DNA of 64,000 bases from Candidatus Latescibacterota bacterium (GCA_965208125.1 OZ242320.1:2336001-2400000), one strand, 5' to 3'; positions 1 through 9,313 are shown, numbered from the stretch's first letter. Program-made: numbers and translations. Notes: generated by a model from the letters alone, not told the origin.

Positions 1-1136
1 TTGAGGTGTTTTTTTGCGCGGCCCACAACGTCGAAGGATGGGCGGTAGTCGGTGGTGCCTGTGGGCAGGTTTAAGAGGCCGGCGACGAGTGTTGTGATGG
101 GTGTTTCAACGCCGCAGAGGTGGTAGGGTCGGTAGATGAGGGCTGTGGTGCCTTTTTTGTTTGGGATGAGTCCTTTGGTGGTGAGGATGTGGCGGGAGTA
201 GGCATTTTCACAGGCGATGACGATGAAGACGCCGCCGCCGAGGCCGGGTTCGTTTGCCTGGCGCAGGCAGGAGACGCAGTCGATGACGCCGCGATGGGAT
301 AAGATGCCGCCGTCTTCTTCGGGTGCGAGGACTTCGGGTATTTCAACGGTGCGAATTACGGGTGTGTGCAGGGTGTCTATATCGGGGATGAGGCCGGTGG
401 CATTGGCGGCGATGGTGAGTTCGGTGACGTCGTAACCGGCGATGGCGCCGAGTTCGCCCATGATCTGGCGGCGTTGCGCGATATGAGCCGAGGGATTTTG
501 GGTGGAGAATATTTGTTCGTCGGGGATCTGGATTTTGCCTTTGGACCAGACGATGGCGTTGGTCTGCGGGTCGTAAACGCGGTCGGAGTCGAGTGATTTG
601 CCCCCGCAGAGGACTTCGAGGCCCAGGCCGCGCGCCCATTGTACGAGGCCCATGAGCAGGCCGTGCTGGTCGCCGTCAACAGCGGTATAGACGCGTCCGG
701 CTTTGTCTGCGAGGTGTTTGAGGATGGGTCCGACGGTGACATCGGTTTCTTTGGATACCATGGCGACGTGTTTGCCGTGTCGGATGGCTTCTATGCCGTG
801 TTTCGCGCCTGCACTGGGGACGCCTGTGGATTCTACGATGACGTCGAGGGGCAGGTCCATCATTTGCATGGCGTCGGTGAGGATGACGTGTTTGCCCTGT
901 TCTATGGCTTCGGCGGCCTGTTGGGTGGTGTCGCATAAGATGGTTTTGTCAGTGTCCAGGCCCGCTTGATGATATGCATTTTGGGCTGCGTCCGGGTTTG
1001 TGTCGCAGACGACGGGGACGTGGAGTTGATCGACGACGCGCGATTGTGTGACGAGGGCTGTGGCGTAGTGTCCGGTGCCGATGACGCCAACGCGTACGGT
1101 GCGGTCAATTTGGGCGAAGAGCTGGTGATAGATCAT
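1..1136 (-). CDS. NAD(P)-dependent oxidoreductase, homoserine-dehydrogenase-like/SAF family (partial, runs off left edge)
   Basis: Absent from the ORF track because no stop lies in the window. Manual translation from ATG at 1136 gives MIYHQLFAQIDRTVRVGVIGTGHYATALV (Rossmann GxGxxA) and later ADGDQHGLLMGLVQWARGLGLEVLCGGK, typical of COG4091-like proteins. Confidence 0.75.
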   Translation of the reverse strand, partial: MIYHQLFAQIDRTVRVGVIGTGHYATALVTQSRVVDQLHVPVVCDTNPDAAQNAYHQAGLDTDKTILCDTTQQAAEAIEQGKHVILTDAMQMMDLPLDVIVESTGVPSAGAKHGIEAIRHGKHVAMVSKETDVTVGPILKHLADKAGRVYTAVDGDQHGLLMGLVQWARGLGLEVLCGGKSLDSDRVYDPQTNAIVWSKGKIQIPDEQIFSTQNPSAHIAQRRQIMGELGAIAGYDVTELTIAANATGLIPDIDTLHTPVIRTVEIPEVLAPEEDGGILSHRGVIDCVSCLRQANEPGLGGGVFIVIACENAYSRHILTTKGLIPNKKGTTALIYRPYHLCGVETPITTLVAGLLNLPTGTTDYRPSFDVVGRAKKHL

Positions 1137-1152
1137 GGTGATTTTCCAGGGG

Positions 1153-1812
1153 TTATTGTATTGCGATTACGCGAGCTGGTGCGCCGTCGGCTTCGGGGAT
1201 TTTTAAGGGTAGGGCGAAGAAGGATACGCGGTCCGCATTGAGCATGCCTGTGTTGCAGATGTATTCGATGAGTATGATGCCGTCGCGCAAGAGTATGTCG
1301 TGGGTTACAAATTCGTCAAGGGGTGCTCGCTCGCCACTGAGCAATTGGCGGATGGGATAGTCTTGCGGAAAGTCAAATGCGATGGCGCGGATGTTTTGCG
1401 CGTGTAGCCATTTTGCGGCGGCGCGCGACATGTAGGGTGCGCGGGTCCAGAATTCGGGGGTTTGATGCGATTCCACTTCGTCCCACCGCGTTTTCATGAC
1501 GACGATGTCTCCGGGCCGTATGTGCTGTCCGGCAGCGCGGATCTGCGCTTCGGTGATCGGCGTTTCCGGCGCGATGCCCGAGAGATTGACGACTGCGGCT
1601 TGTCCCACGATTTGGTCGAGTTCGGTGTCGCTGGTGGTGGGGCCTTCCGGGAACATGTGGCACGGTGCATCGACGTGCGTGAATCCGTGGACGGCCCATC
1701 CCATGTGGGTCACTTGCGCCATGTCGCCGGTTTCAAAACTGCTTTTGAGGCTGCGCTCAACGGGCCAGCGGAAGTGGTCGGCAATGGGCATGGTGAGGTC
1801 GATGATGGGCAT
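1153..1812 (-). CDS. Cyclase family protein (kynurenine formamidase-like metal hydrolase)
   Basis: IIDLT start, HGFTHVDAPCH metal motif, C-terminal PLKIPEADGAPARVIA. Confidence 0.9.
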   Translation of the reverse strand: MPIIDLTMPIADHFRWPVERSLKSSFETGDMAQVTHMGWAVHGFTHVDAPCHMFPEGPTTSDTELDQIVGQAAVVNLSGIAPETPITEAQIRAAGQHIRPGDIVVMKTRWDEVESHQTPEFWTRAPYMSRAAAKWLHAQNIRAIAFDFPQDYPIRQLLSGERAPLDEFVTHDILLRDGIILIEYICNTGMLNADRVSFFALPLKIPEADGAPARVIAIQ

Positions 1813-1814
1813 GT

Positions 1815-2420
1815 CTATATGTTTCCACGCGTTTCGAGCAGGTCGATGATTTGCATTGCGGCTTCTTGTGGGGTGCTGTCAACGGTGTGTATGACGAGTT
1901 CGGGATTTTCGGGCGGTTCATAGGGGTCGGAGATGCCGGTGAAGTTGGGTATTTCACCTGTGCGCGCTTTTTTGTACATGCCCTTGGGATCGCGTTCTTC
2001 GCATACGTCGAGCGGGGTGTTGATGAATACTTCGATGAAGTCTTTGTTTTCCATGAGTTCGCGCACGCCGTCGCGGTCGGTGCGATAGGGGCTTACAAAG
2101 CTGGATAGGGTGATGATGCCGGCGTCGGCAAAGAGTTTGCCGACTTCGCCGATGCGGCGGATGTTTTCAGCGCGGTCTTCGGCTGAGAATCCGAGGTTTT
2201 TGTTGAGGCCGTGGCGGATGTTGTCGCCGTCGAGTACGTAGGCCAGGTGCCCGCGTTCGATCAGGGCGTGTTCTGCGGTGAATGCGATGGTGCTTTTGCC
2301 CGAGCTGGGCAGTCCGGTGAGCCAGATGAGTGCGCCTTTTTGTTCGAGCAGGTCTTCGCGCTGTTTGCGCGCAACATGGCCTTCGTGCCAGACGATGTTG
2401 GTGGCTTTGACTTCGGTCAA
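1815..2420 (-). CDS. cysC: Adenylyl-sulfate kinase
   Basis: WLTGLPSSGKST P-loop, LDGDNIRHGLNKNLGFS, RDPKGMYKKARTGEIPNFTGISDPYEPP; TTG start with AGGAGG RBS. Confidence 0.97.
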   Translation of the reverse strand: MTEVKATNIVWHEGHVARKQREDLLEQKGALIWLTGLPSSGKSTIAFTAEHALIERGHLAYVLDGDNIRHGLNKNLGFSAEDRAENIRRIGEVGKLFADAGIITLSSFVSPYRTDRDGVRELMENKDFIEVFINTPLDVCEERDPKGMYKKARTGEIPNFTGISDPYEPPENPELVIHTVDSTPQEAAMQIIDLLETRGNI

Positions 2421-2539
2421 GAGATTCCTCCTGGTAAAGATTTAAAGTGCGTTTTGGATGCTTTAAGATACCAAATTTTGGGTGTGAGGATGTAAGAATA
2501 TTTAGATATTGGTTTTTCTCGAATTGTGGTATAATTTAC

Positions 2540-2634
2540 GTAATTATTCAGGTTCTTGTGGTCGTGTAGGAGGGAAATGGATGTTGTAGGAGCGGCATCC
2601 CTGCCGCGATCAAGGTCGGGGAGCGGGGTACTAC
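2540..2634. repeat. GTAG-type REP composite element
   Basis: GTAGGAGGGAAAT at 2566 and GTAGGAGCGGCATCCCTGCCGCGAT at 2586; related copy at 9314-9432. Confidence 0.75.
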
Positions 2635-2671
2635 GATTATAAAACGAGGTACGCAATTGGAGGAAAAATCC

Positions 2672-3838
2672 ATGGTTGATCGAAAAAAAATTGCAGCGGT
2701 GATTACGTCGTATTTTCCGCGGTCACATGCCGATGTGATTGTGACGAAGTTTTTGAAGGGGTTTCCAACAGATGACGGGTTGCTTTCGCCAGAGGTGGAT
2801 GTGGTGTCGATGTATCTGGATCAGGTGCATTTTAGAGACGATATCGGGTGCGCGATTGCAGAGGAATTCGGTGTGCCGATGTACGGGAGTATTAACCAGG
2901 CGTTGACTCTGGGCGGTGATGAGCTGGCGGTGGATGGGGTGTTGCTGATTGGCGAGCACGGCGATTATCCCTATAATGAGAAGGAGCAACATATGTATCC
3001 GCGCAAGTATTTTTTTGAGCAGATTTGCGGGGTGTTCGCTTCGTCGGGGCGGTCTGTGCCGGTGTTTAGCGATAAGCATCTTTCGTATAATTGGCACGAT
3101 GCAAAGTGGATGTGCGATCGCGCGCGGGAACTGGAGGTGCCGTTTATGGCGGGGTCGTCTCTTCCGCTTGCATGGCGCAAGCCGTGGCTTGAGTATGAGT
3201 TGGATACGGAGATTGAGACGGCGATGTCGGTGGCTTTTGGTGGGCTTGATTCTTATGGTTTTCACGCGCTGGAGACGCTGCAGTGTATGGTTGAGCGCCG
3301 CGCGGGGGGAGAGACGGGGATTGTGGCGGTGCAGTGTCTGGAGGGGGATGATGTTTGGGTGTCGGATGCGTGGGATAGAGATTTGTACGCGGCGGCTGTA
3401 GCGCATATTGAGGCGAAGGAGGATGGCGATGTGCGCGCGCATTGCGAGAATCCAGCTGTTTTTTTGATAGAGTATGCAGATGGGCTGAGGGCGGCGACGT
3501 TTATGTTGAATGGGTACACGCGGGGGTGGGGTTTTGCGGCGCGGCGTGGGGGAGAGGTCGATAATATGCGCGTTTTTTTGCCGGATAATCCGCATGCGCA
3601 TTTTAGTTATTTGAGTTTGAATATTCAGCAGATGTTTTTGACGGGGCGACCGCAGTATCCGGTTGAGCGCACGTTGCTGATTTCAGGTGCGCTGGAGGCG
3701 TTGATAGATTCGCGGTATGAGGGGTATAGACGGGTTGAGACGCCGCATCTGGATGTGGCTTATCGTTCTTATGAGGAGATGCCGATTAGGCCCACGAATT
3801 CCGATCCGGTGGGCGCGAGTCTGGTGCCGTTTGAGTAA
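2672..3838 (+). CDS. Conserved hypothetical protein, Gfo/Idh/MocA-like oxidoreductase fold
   Basis: GGAGG RBS; motifs VDGVLLIGEHGDYP, VFSDKHLSY, YGFHALE of a widespread uncharacterised family. Confidence 0.7.
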   Translation: MVDRKKIAAVITSYFPRSHADVIVTKFLKGFPTDDGLLSPEVDVVSMYLDQVHFRDDIGCAIAEEFGVPMYGSINQALTLGGDELAVDGVLLIGEHGDYPYNEKEQHMYPRKYFFEQICGVFASSGRSVPVFSDKHLSYNWHDAKWMCDRARELEVPFMAGSSLPLAWRKPWLEYELDTEIETAMSVAFGGLDSYGFHALETLQCMVERRAGGETGIVAVQCLEGDDVWVSDAWDRDLYAAAVAHIEAKEDGDVRAHCENPAVFLIEYADGLRAATFMLNGYTRGWGFAARRGGEVDNMRVFLPDNPHAHFSYLSLNIQQMFLTGRPQYPVERTLLISGALEALIDSRYEGYRRVETPHLDVAYRSYEEMPIRPTNSDPVGASLVPFE

Positions 3839-3842
3839 TTTT

Positions 3843-4184
3843 ATGTTAGCGTGCGTTAAAAATCCCGAGCGCGGGCGGGTTTATACGATTGATTTTGAGA
3901 CGTCGGAGTTTACGGCGCTGTACGCGGTGACGGGGCAGCCGATTTTTGCGACGGTTTCGATTTCTTATGTGCCGGGAGAGGTGTGTGTGGAGCAGATGTC
4001 GCTGAAGCGGTATTTGGGGTCGTTTCGGGATGAGAAGGTGTTTTACGAGGGTGCGGTTAATAAAATTGTGGATGATTTTGTAGCGGCTTGCGATCCTGTG
4101 ACGTTGGATGTGACGGGTGATTTTGCGGTGCGAGGTGGGATTGAGACGCGGGTGTCTGTGGCGTATGATCGCGAGGATGTGTAG
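3843..4184 (+). CDS. QueF-like T-fold protein lacking catalytic Cys and Asp
   Basis: Colinear with the downstream queF; EFTALYAVTGQPIFA instead of EFTSLCPKTGQPDFA; retains VEQMSLKRYLGSFR and RGGI. Confidence 0.85.
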   Translation: MLACVKNPERGRVYTIDFETSEFTALYAVTGQPIFATVSISYVPGEVCVEQMSLKRYLGSFRDEKVFYEGAVNKIVDDFVAACDPVTLDVTGDFAVRGGIETRVSVAYDREDV

Positions 4185-4266
4185 GGGCGGGTTTAAAACC
4201 CGCCCATCATTGCGTTATGATATTGTAGGGGCAATCCCTCGTGGTTGCCCGATTGTAGGGGCGAGG
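4181..4266 (+). repeat. Cluster of GTAG-type REP hairpins between the queF paralogues
   Basis: GTAGGGGCGGGTTTAAAACCCGCCC (4181), GTAGGGGCAATCCCTCGTGGTTGCCC (4225), partial GTAGGGGCGAGG (4255). Confidence 0.8.
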
Positions 4267-4267
4267 T

Positions 4268-4618
4268 ATGAGTGTGTTAGAGGCGTTTGACAATCCGAAT
4301 CCGGAACGGCGTTATACGATTGAGTTTACGTTTCCGGAGTTTACGTCGCTGTGTCCCAAGACGGGACAGCCGGATTTTGCGACGATTGTGATCTGGTATG
4401 TTCCAGGTCCGCGGTGTGTGGAGTTGCGGTCGCTGAAGCACTATTTCTGGTCGTTCCGAGATCAGGGGATTTATATGGAGCCTGTGACGAATCAGATTTT
4501 GAACGATCTGGTGGCGCTGTGCGATCCGATTGAGATGGAGGTGATCAGCCGTTTCAATATTCGCGGGGGTATAGATCACGAGATTACAGCGTCATATCAT
4601 AGAGAAAATAATCCGTAG
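4268..4618 (+). CDS. queF: NADPH-dependent preQ0 reductase (unimodular QueF)
   Basis: PEFTSLCPKTGQPDFA catalytic Cys/Asp, QueF motif VELRSLKHY, RGGI. Confidence 0.9.
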   Translation: MSVLEAFDNPNPERRYTIEFTFPEFTSLCPKTGQPDFATIVIWYVPGPRCVELRSLKHYFWSFRDQGIYMEPVTNQILNDLVALCDPIEMEVISRFNIRGGIDHEITASYHRENNP

Positions 4619-4661
4619 GAGCGGCATCCCTGCCGCGAATGAGGTGCGCGGACGCTGCTAC
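4615..4661 (+). repeat. GTAG-type REP overlapping the queF stop codon
   Basis: GTAGGAGCGGCATCCCTGCCGCGA, same family as 2586. Confidence 0.8.
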
Positions 4662-4671
4662 GAGATAGGGC

Positions 4672-5040
4672 ATGCGCTTGTCTGTCATAGCGTCTGATAC
4701 GGCTCCTCTGTGGGCGAGTGGTTGGGATCCCAGTAATCTCATGATTGTAGAGGGAGGTGTTCTTCACACGCGGTTCATTCACATCTGTCACGAGAGCGGT
4801 CAAGCAGAGATGCTGACGGATAGGATGGATGATGTTGTGGCGCTGACTGTGGCAGTGGGTCCCCATCCGCTGATGAATGGCGTTCTGAGGTTGACGATAG
4901 CGGGGCTTGATGCATTAGAGGTGGTGTCTGACGATGGGGAGGTTACTATTTCTGGCTCTGGCCTGACCGCCCAATTCACCAACGCAATCGTGGATGAAAA
5001 TGATGGGCAGGTTACTGTTTATCTGGATGAGCAGAACTGA
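4672..5040 (+). CDS. Hypothetical protein (possibly a C-terminal remnant)
   Basis: 122-aa ORF with plausible composition; no motif recognised. Confidence 0.45.
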   Translation: MRLSVIASDTAPLWASGWDPSNLMIVEGGVLHTRFIHICHESGQAEMLTDRMDDVVALTVAVGPHPLMNGVLRLTIAGLDALEVVSDDGEVTISGSGLTAQFTNAIVDENDGQVTVYLDEQN

Positions 5041-5070
5041 ACATTTTTACAAAAAAAAAGCCCATAGGAC

Positions 5071-5099
5071 TTGCTTAATTCTAAAAGGTCTGTTATAAT
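5071..5099 (+). promoter_or_regulatory. Sigma70-type promoter
   Basis: TTGCTT-17 bp-TATAAT with extended -10 TG, upstream of the ORF at 5143. Confidence 0.6.
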
Positions 5100-5142
5100 T
5101 CCAGAGACGGAGTATAGACTACCACACACGAAGAAAGAACCC

Positions 5143-5409
5143 ATGCAGATTCCGACACCACAAGACAAACTGTCCGAAATGGACGCCCGCCTGGCGCGCG
5201 TCGAGGGAATTGCTGAACAAATGAATACGCGCTTGACTGGCCTTGAAACCCGCGTTGACAACGGCTTTTCCAATATAGACACCCGGTTGACCAACATGGA
5301 CACTCGCAATAACAGCAATTTCAGGTGGCTTATTGGCCTGCTGGTCGTTGTGTTGCTTGCAAATGTCGGTACAGCCGTTTCAATCATTATGACTTTTGCT
5401 AAGCCCTGA
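5143..5409 (+). CDS. Small coiled-coil protein with C-terminal TM helix (DUF1640/XhlA-like)
   Basis: Heptad-like RLTGLETRVDNGFSNIDTRLTNMDTR followed by hydrophobic WLIGLLVVVLLANVGTAVSII. Confidence 0.65.
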   Translation: MQIPTPQDKLSEMDARLARVEGIAEQMNTRLTGLETRVDNGFSNIDTRLTNMDTRNNSNFRWLIGLLVVVLLANVGTAVSIIMTFAKP

Positions 5410-5457
5410 ACAGAAAAGGGCTTCTCGAATGCGCCACTACAAATATGAAATTTCTCC

Positions 5458-5491
5458 CCCGGTCTCATTATTAAGACCGGGTTTTTTATTT
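5458..5491 (+). terminator. Intrinsic terminator
   Basis: CCCGGTCT...AGACCGGG hairpin followed by TTTTTTATTT. Confidence 0.75.
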
Positions 5492-5581
5492 CATCACTTC
5501 ACTTTATACTTTATTGCCGATACGTAAGTGCCTATAATTGGATTGAGACAGTATTAACTCGTTTAATATGAGGAGAGAGTC

Positions 5582-6391
5582 ATGCCTGTGCTTACGGAAG
5601 ACGAGATCCGTTTTTTTAAACGCGAGGGCTATCTGGTGAAGAAGGGTGCTCTGGATCCCGAGTTGTGCGCCCGTGCGCGCGAACGCTTGTGGGACGATCC
5701 GCCGCCGAGTCTGAAGAAAGACGATCCGGATTCGTGGGTGGGTCCCATTAAGCCGGAAGAGGAATCAATGGATAGTAGCAATTACAAACGCGGTTATCGC
5801 TGGCAATACCGCAAGGTGGGCAGAGAGCCCTGGATGATCGAGTTGCTGGCAAAGAATCCGGTTGTGTGGGGTGCTGCGGAGCAGATGCTGGGCAAGGGGA
5901 ATTTTCCAGAGCCTACAGGTGTGCGCGGTATTTATTGCACGTTGCCCTATGGCGATGTTCCGCGCCAACCGCGTCATTTGCATGTGGATGCCCATGCGTT
6001 CAATTTTGCAGTGGTGGGCTATATCGATCATGTGCCCGAAGATGGCGGCGGTTTTACAGTGTGGCCCAGGAGCCACCGCACGTTTTTCTTCGATTACCAG
6101 ACGCGCTATCTCAGGGAGCCATTGCCCCGGATGGAGAAGCATAGGGAGCAGTTTCAATCTTGTGACGAGAATTCATATCAGACGCATGGCGAACCCGGTG
6201 ATATTGTTTTTTGGCACCACCGCATCGGGCATATGGCGTCGGCCAATTATTCTCGGCAGATCCGAAAGGCGGTTCTGTACGATTTCAAGCTGAATGATAT
6301 GCCCCAGCTTCAGGAAGAGCCCCCGGGAGATGATATCTGGGTCGATTGGACAGATGATGTACGGGATGTGTCGATTGAGGATGGTGAATAA
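5582..6391 (+). CDS. PhyH-family Fe(II)/2OG dioxygenase (canonical HxD)
   Basis: FFKREGYLV, HVD, GGFTVWPRSH, GDIVFWHHRIGH...R. Confidence 0.85.
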   Translation: MPVLTEDEIRFFKREGYLVKKGALDPELCARARERLWDDPPPSLKKDDPDSWVGPIKPEEESMDSSNYKRGYRWQYRKVGREPWMIELLAKNPVVWGAAEQMLGKGNFPEPTGVRGIYCTLPYGDVPRQPRHLHVDAHAFNFAVVGYIDHVPEDGGGFTVWPRSHRTFFFDYQTRYLREPLPRMEKHREQFQSCDENSYQTHGEPGDIVFWHHRIGHMASANYSRQIRKAVLYDFKLNDMPQLQEEPPGDDIWVDWTDDVRDVSIEDGE

Positions 6392-6409
6392 CAGGCGGAG
6401 GGCTACCGG

Positions 6410-6502
6410 ATGGATGTTCATTTTTGGTCACTGATCTGGGTCGGCGTTGTGGTTATTGTGCTGGGTGTGTTGTTGTATTATGTAATTAAGTCGTATAAAT
6501 AG
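6410..6502 (+). CDS. 30-aa single-pass membrane peptide
   Basis: GGAGG RBS, then MDVHFWSLIWVGVVVIVLGVLLYYVIKSYK-stop; fills the gap between two co-oriented genes. Confidence 0.6.
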   Translation: MDVHFWSLIWVGVVVIVLGVLLYYVIKSYK

Positions 6503-6518
6503 TCAGGGGATTTGACCG

Positions 6519-8078
6519 ATGGTAGAAGTACAGCAATACGCGGTGTGCGATTTTGAATTGTATGCGGATGTGGGTGATAAAAATCCGTTTGCGGTGGAAG
6601 TGACGGCGACTTTTACACACGAACTGGGCAGGGTGGTTGAAGATTTGCCCGGTTTTTTTGATGGGGATAGGTGGGTTGTGCGTTTTAGTCCGGGTGTAGA
6701 AGGTGTTTGGACGGGGCGTTCGCAGTCTGAGCATTCGGACCTGGATGGGGCTGAGTGGCAGGTGCAGTGTGTGGCGAATGAGAACGCTGATGTGCATGGT
6801 CTGGTGGGTATTGATCCGAAGTACCCACAGCGGTTTGCCTGGTCTGATGGTACGCCGTTTTTATATCTGGGTTTTGAGTGCGATTGGTTGTTTAGCTATC
6901 ACCAGGCAGATGCCGAGCGGTGTTATCGTCATGTCGATCTGGTTGCGAGCCGGGGGTTCAATTGTTTTGTCGCGAATTTATACGCCCATACGGGTTTTGG
7001 TTCGCGACCGAATGACGATACGCGCCCTATGTTGCCCGAGTATATTTTTGGGCCGCCGGAGATGTATTTGTTCGAGGGTGCGAATGATGCGCCGGATCAC
7101 GAGCGGATGAATATCGATTTTTTCCGCGATTTTGACCGCTTGATGCGCTATTTGCACGGGAAGGGGATTGTGGTTCATCTGATGTTGCAGGTGCAGAATA
7201 AGCAGGTGAATTGGCCGGCGCGCGAGACAGATGCCGATGATCGGTTCTGGCGCTATGCGGTTGCGCGGTACCAGGCTTTTGGGAATGTGATCTGGGATGT
7301 GGGGAAGGAGAGCAAGAATCTGTATCGCGAGATGGGCGATCACGATTATGTTCTGGAGCGTATGGATATTATTCGCGGGGCGGATGCGTATGGGCATTTG
7401 CTGACGGTGCACGATGTTGAAATCCGAAACGCGGGTACGCTTTCTGAACCGGATCGCAAGTCGGATTTTGTGACGGATCAGGTGCATTTGTCCGATGCGG
7501 CGCGCTATAATCGGGAGGCGATTCGCAGGATGCGGAATTCGGGTACGCCGTATGTGAATGTGGAGTACGGGTATGAGCTTGCCGAGGAACAGCTCAAGAC
7601 GTATCGCGGGCGCACGACTGCCGAGTGGGATGATATTTTGAAGTGGACGTGGGCGATTTACGCGGCGGGCGCGTATCCGTGTTATTATTACGATAATACG
7701 TCGTGGGATTTGATTAAGTTTGAGCCGGTGCCAGAGAGTTGGATGAGGTATCGGGAGTTGAGGGACTTTTTGGAGGGGCTGCCATTTAATCAGATGGTTG
7801 GGGATAATGAATACGTGGAGCGCGGTCTTTGTCTGGCGCTGGCAGGAGATGCGTATCTGGTGTATTTGCCCGAGGGGGGCGATACGCGTATCGATTTGTC
7901 CGATGTGGATGAGGGGACGCCAATAGCGGTGGATTGGATGGCGATTTTGACGGGTGAGCGGAGCAGTGGCGAGATGGAAAAGTCGAGTGATTGGGGTGGG
8001 TTTAATACCGATTTGATCAATCCGTTTGGGGATAAAGAGCAGCCGTGTGTTGTGGGGTTGTGGGTGGGTGGGAAGTGA
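6519..8078 (+). CDS. DUF5060/DUF4038 putative glycoside hydrolase (apiosidase-like) with C-terminal collagen-binding-like domain
   Basis: NPFAVEVTATF/GFFDG...WVVRFSP, DGTPF, YAVARYQAFGNVIWD, LLTVH, NVEYGYE, YLVYLPEGG. Confidence 0.75.
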   Translation: MVEVQQYAVCDFELYADVGDKNPFAVEVTATFTHELGRVVEDLPGFFDGDRWVVRFSPGVEGVWTGRSQSEHSDLDGAEWQVQCVANENADVHGLVGIDPKYPQRFAWSDGTPFLYLGFECDWLFSYHQADAERCYRHVDLVASRGFNCFVANLYAHTGFGSRPNDDTRPMLPEYIFGPPEMYLFEGANDAPDHERMNIDFFRDFDRLMRYLHGKGIVVHLMLQVQNKQVNWPARETDADDRFWRYAVARYQAFGNVIWDVGKESKNLYREMGDHDYVLERMDIIRGADAYGHLLTVHDVEIRNAGTLSEPDRKSDFVTDQVHLSDAARYNREAIRRMRNSGTPYVNVEYGYELAEEQLKTYRGRTTAEWDDILKWTWAIYAAGAYPCYYYDNTSWDLIKFEPVPESWMRYRELRDFLEGLPFNQMVGDNEYVERGLCLALAGDAYLVYLPEGGDTRIDLSDVDEGTPIAVDWMAILTGERSSGEMEKSSDWGGFNTDLINPFGDKEQPCVVGLWVGGK

Positions 8079-8079
8079 T

Positions 8080-8325
8080 TTATACGGTAGAAAGTGCTTG
8101 TTGGTTTTGTATGAGGATATTCGGATTGGGGTTTTTATCAGGTACCGGGAGTCCCTGTGCTTTCAAGAGTTCAACATGTTCTTCCATTCCCCATTTTGCT
8201 TTGAACATGCAATCTTCAATAGAATGACCAATACCTGTAAAACCTTCCAGTTCTGGGGAGTAAAAGCCAAAGAAGTCCGGTTCTTCTGTGGCTTCAATAA
8301 CCAATGAGTAAGGTAGATCAAGCAT
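8080..8325 (-). CDS. HicB-family antitoxin (orphan)
   Basis: YSLVIE...FGFYSPELEGFTGIGHSIEDC...GLPVP HicB pattern. Confidence 0.8.
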   Translation of the reverse strand: MLDLPYSLVIEATEEPDFFGFYSPELEGFTGIGHSIEDCMFKAKWGMEEHVELLKAQGLPVPDKNPNPNILIQNQQALSTV

Positions 8326-8398
8326 TGTTGGGGTCCTGTTATTTTATTCAAAATACAGTTTATTGATACAAGAGTCAATAATCCGATTTGGATCTGCC

Positions 8399-9241
8399 AT
8401 GAGTATTGATCGATATTTTTTGGGCTGTCCGATTTGGGGCAATAAGGAGTGGGTGGGCGAGTTGTTTGCGCCCGATGTTGTACAAAAAGATTTTTTGAAG
8501 CAATACGCCTCTGTGTTTAATACTGTGGAGGGGAATACCACTTTTTACGGTTTGCCTTCGGATAAAGCCGCGATGCGCTGGCTGGCTGATACGCCGCCGT
8601 GTTTTCGCTTTGCGCTCAAGTTTCCGCGTGCGATTAGCCACGATAAGCGGTTGCGAAATACCGAGTTGGAGACGACCGCGTTTATAGATGTTCTCACGGT
8701 GTTACAGGACCGGGTGGGTCCGTCATTTTTGCAGTTGCCTCCGTCTTATGGGCCGCGCGATTTGCCGGTGTTGGACAGGTATTTGGACACGTTGCCCGAT
8801 ACATTTTCTTATGCGGTAGAGATTCGGCACCATCTGTTTTTTGCCGAGGCAGAAAATGAGTTGAATGCGGTGCTCAAAAGCCATGGGGTAGATCGCGTGG
8901 TGTTTGATACGCGGGGGGTGCATAATGCACACGTAGCAAGTAACAAGCCAAAGGTTCCCGTTCGGTTTCTTGCGACTGGGCGTTTTCCTTTTGTGAGGTT
9001 TGTCGGGCATCCGGAGGTTGATAAGAATCTGCCGCTTCTGGCGGAGTGGGTGCCGGTGGTTGCCAATTGGATACGCGAGGGGCGAACGCCTTTTGTGTTT
9101 ATGCACGCGCCCGATGATTTTTACGCACCGCAGTTGGCGCGCCATTTTCACCAGATGTTGTCTGGGGATATAGATGTCGGAGAGATGCCGCCCTGGCCCG
9201 CGGAACAGGTCGAGGAGCCTGTGCAGATGGATTTGTTTTGA
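8399..9241 (+). CDS. DUF72 domain protein (YecE-like)
   Basis: LGCPIW, YASVFNTVEGNTTFY, FALKFPRAISH, FLQLPPSY. Confidence 0.9.
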   Translation: MSIDRYFLGCPIWGNKEWVGELFAPDVVQKDFLKQYASVFNTVEGNTTFYGLPSDKAAMRWLADTPPCFRFALKFPRAISHDKRLRNTELETTAFIDVLTVLQDRVGPSFLQLPPSYGPRDLPVLDRYLDTLPDTFSYAVEIRHHLFFAEAENELNAVLKSHGVDRVVFDTRGVHNAHVASNKPKVPVRFLATGRFPFVRFVGHPEVDKNLPLLAEWVPVVANWIREGRTPFVFMHAPDDFYAPQLARHFHQMLSGDIDVGEMPPWPAEQVEEPVQMDLF

Positions 9242-9313
9242 AATAACAGTTTTCCTTTCTTTGCCCTGTCGAAAAAAATTGACTTTTGAAAATTTCAGGT
9301 TCATTGATACATG

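Noticed and set aside
71-1108. Many short ORFs in the track
   Set aside because: All are alternate frames of one minus-strand gene starting at 1136 that runs off the window.
4181-4266. Clustered ~25-bp palindromes as a mini-CRISPR
   Set aside because: Units differ in sequence, are dispersed and start with GTAG, which fits REPs.
3843-4618. queF pair as part of a 7-deazaguanine DNA modification (Dpd) system linked to the R-M locus
   Set aside because: No dpdA/tgt, queC, queD, queE or folE in the window, and the R-M locus is about 15 kb away.
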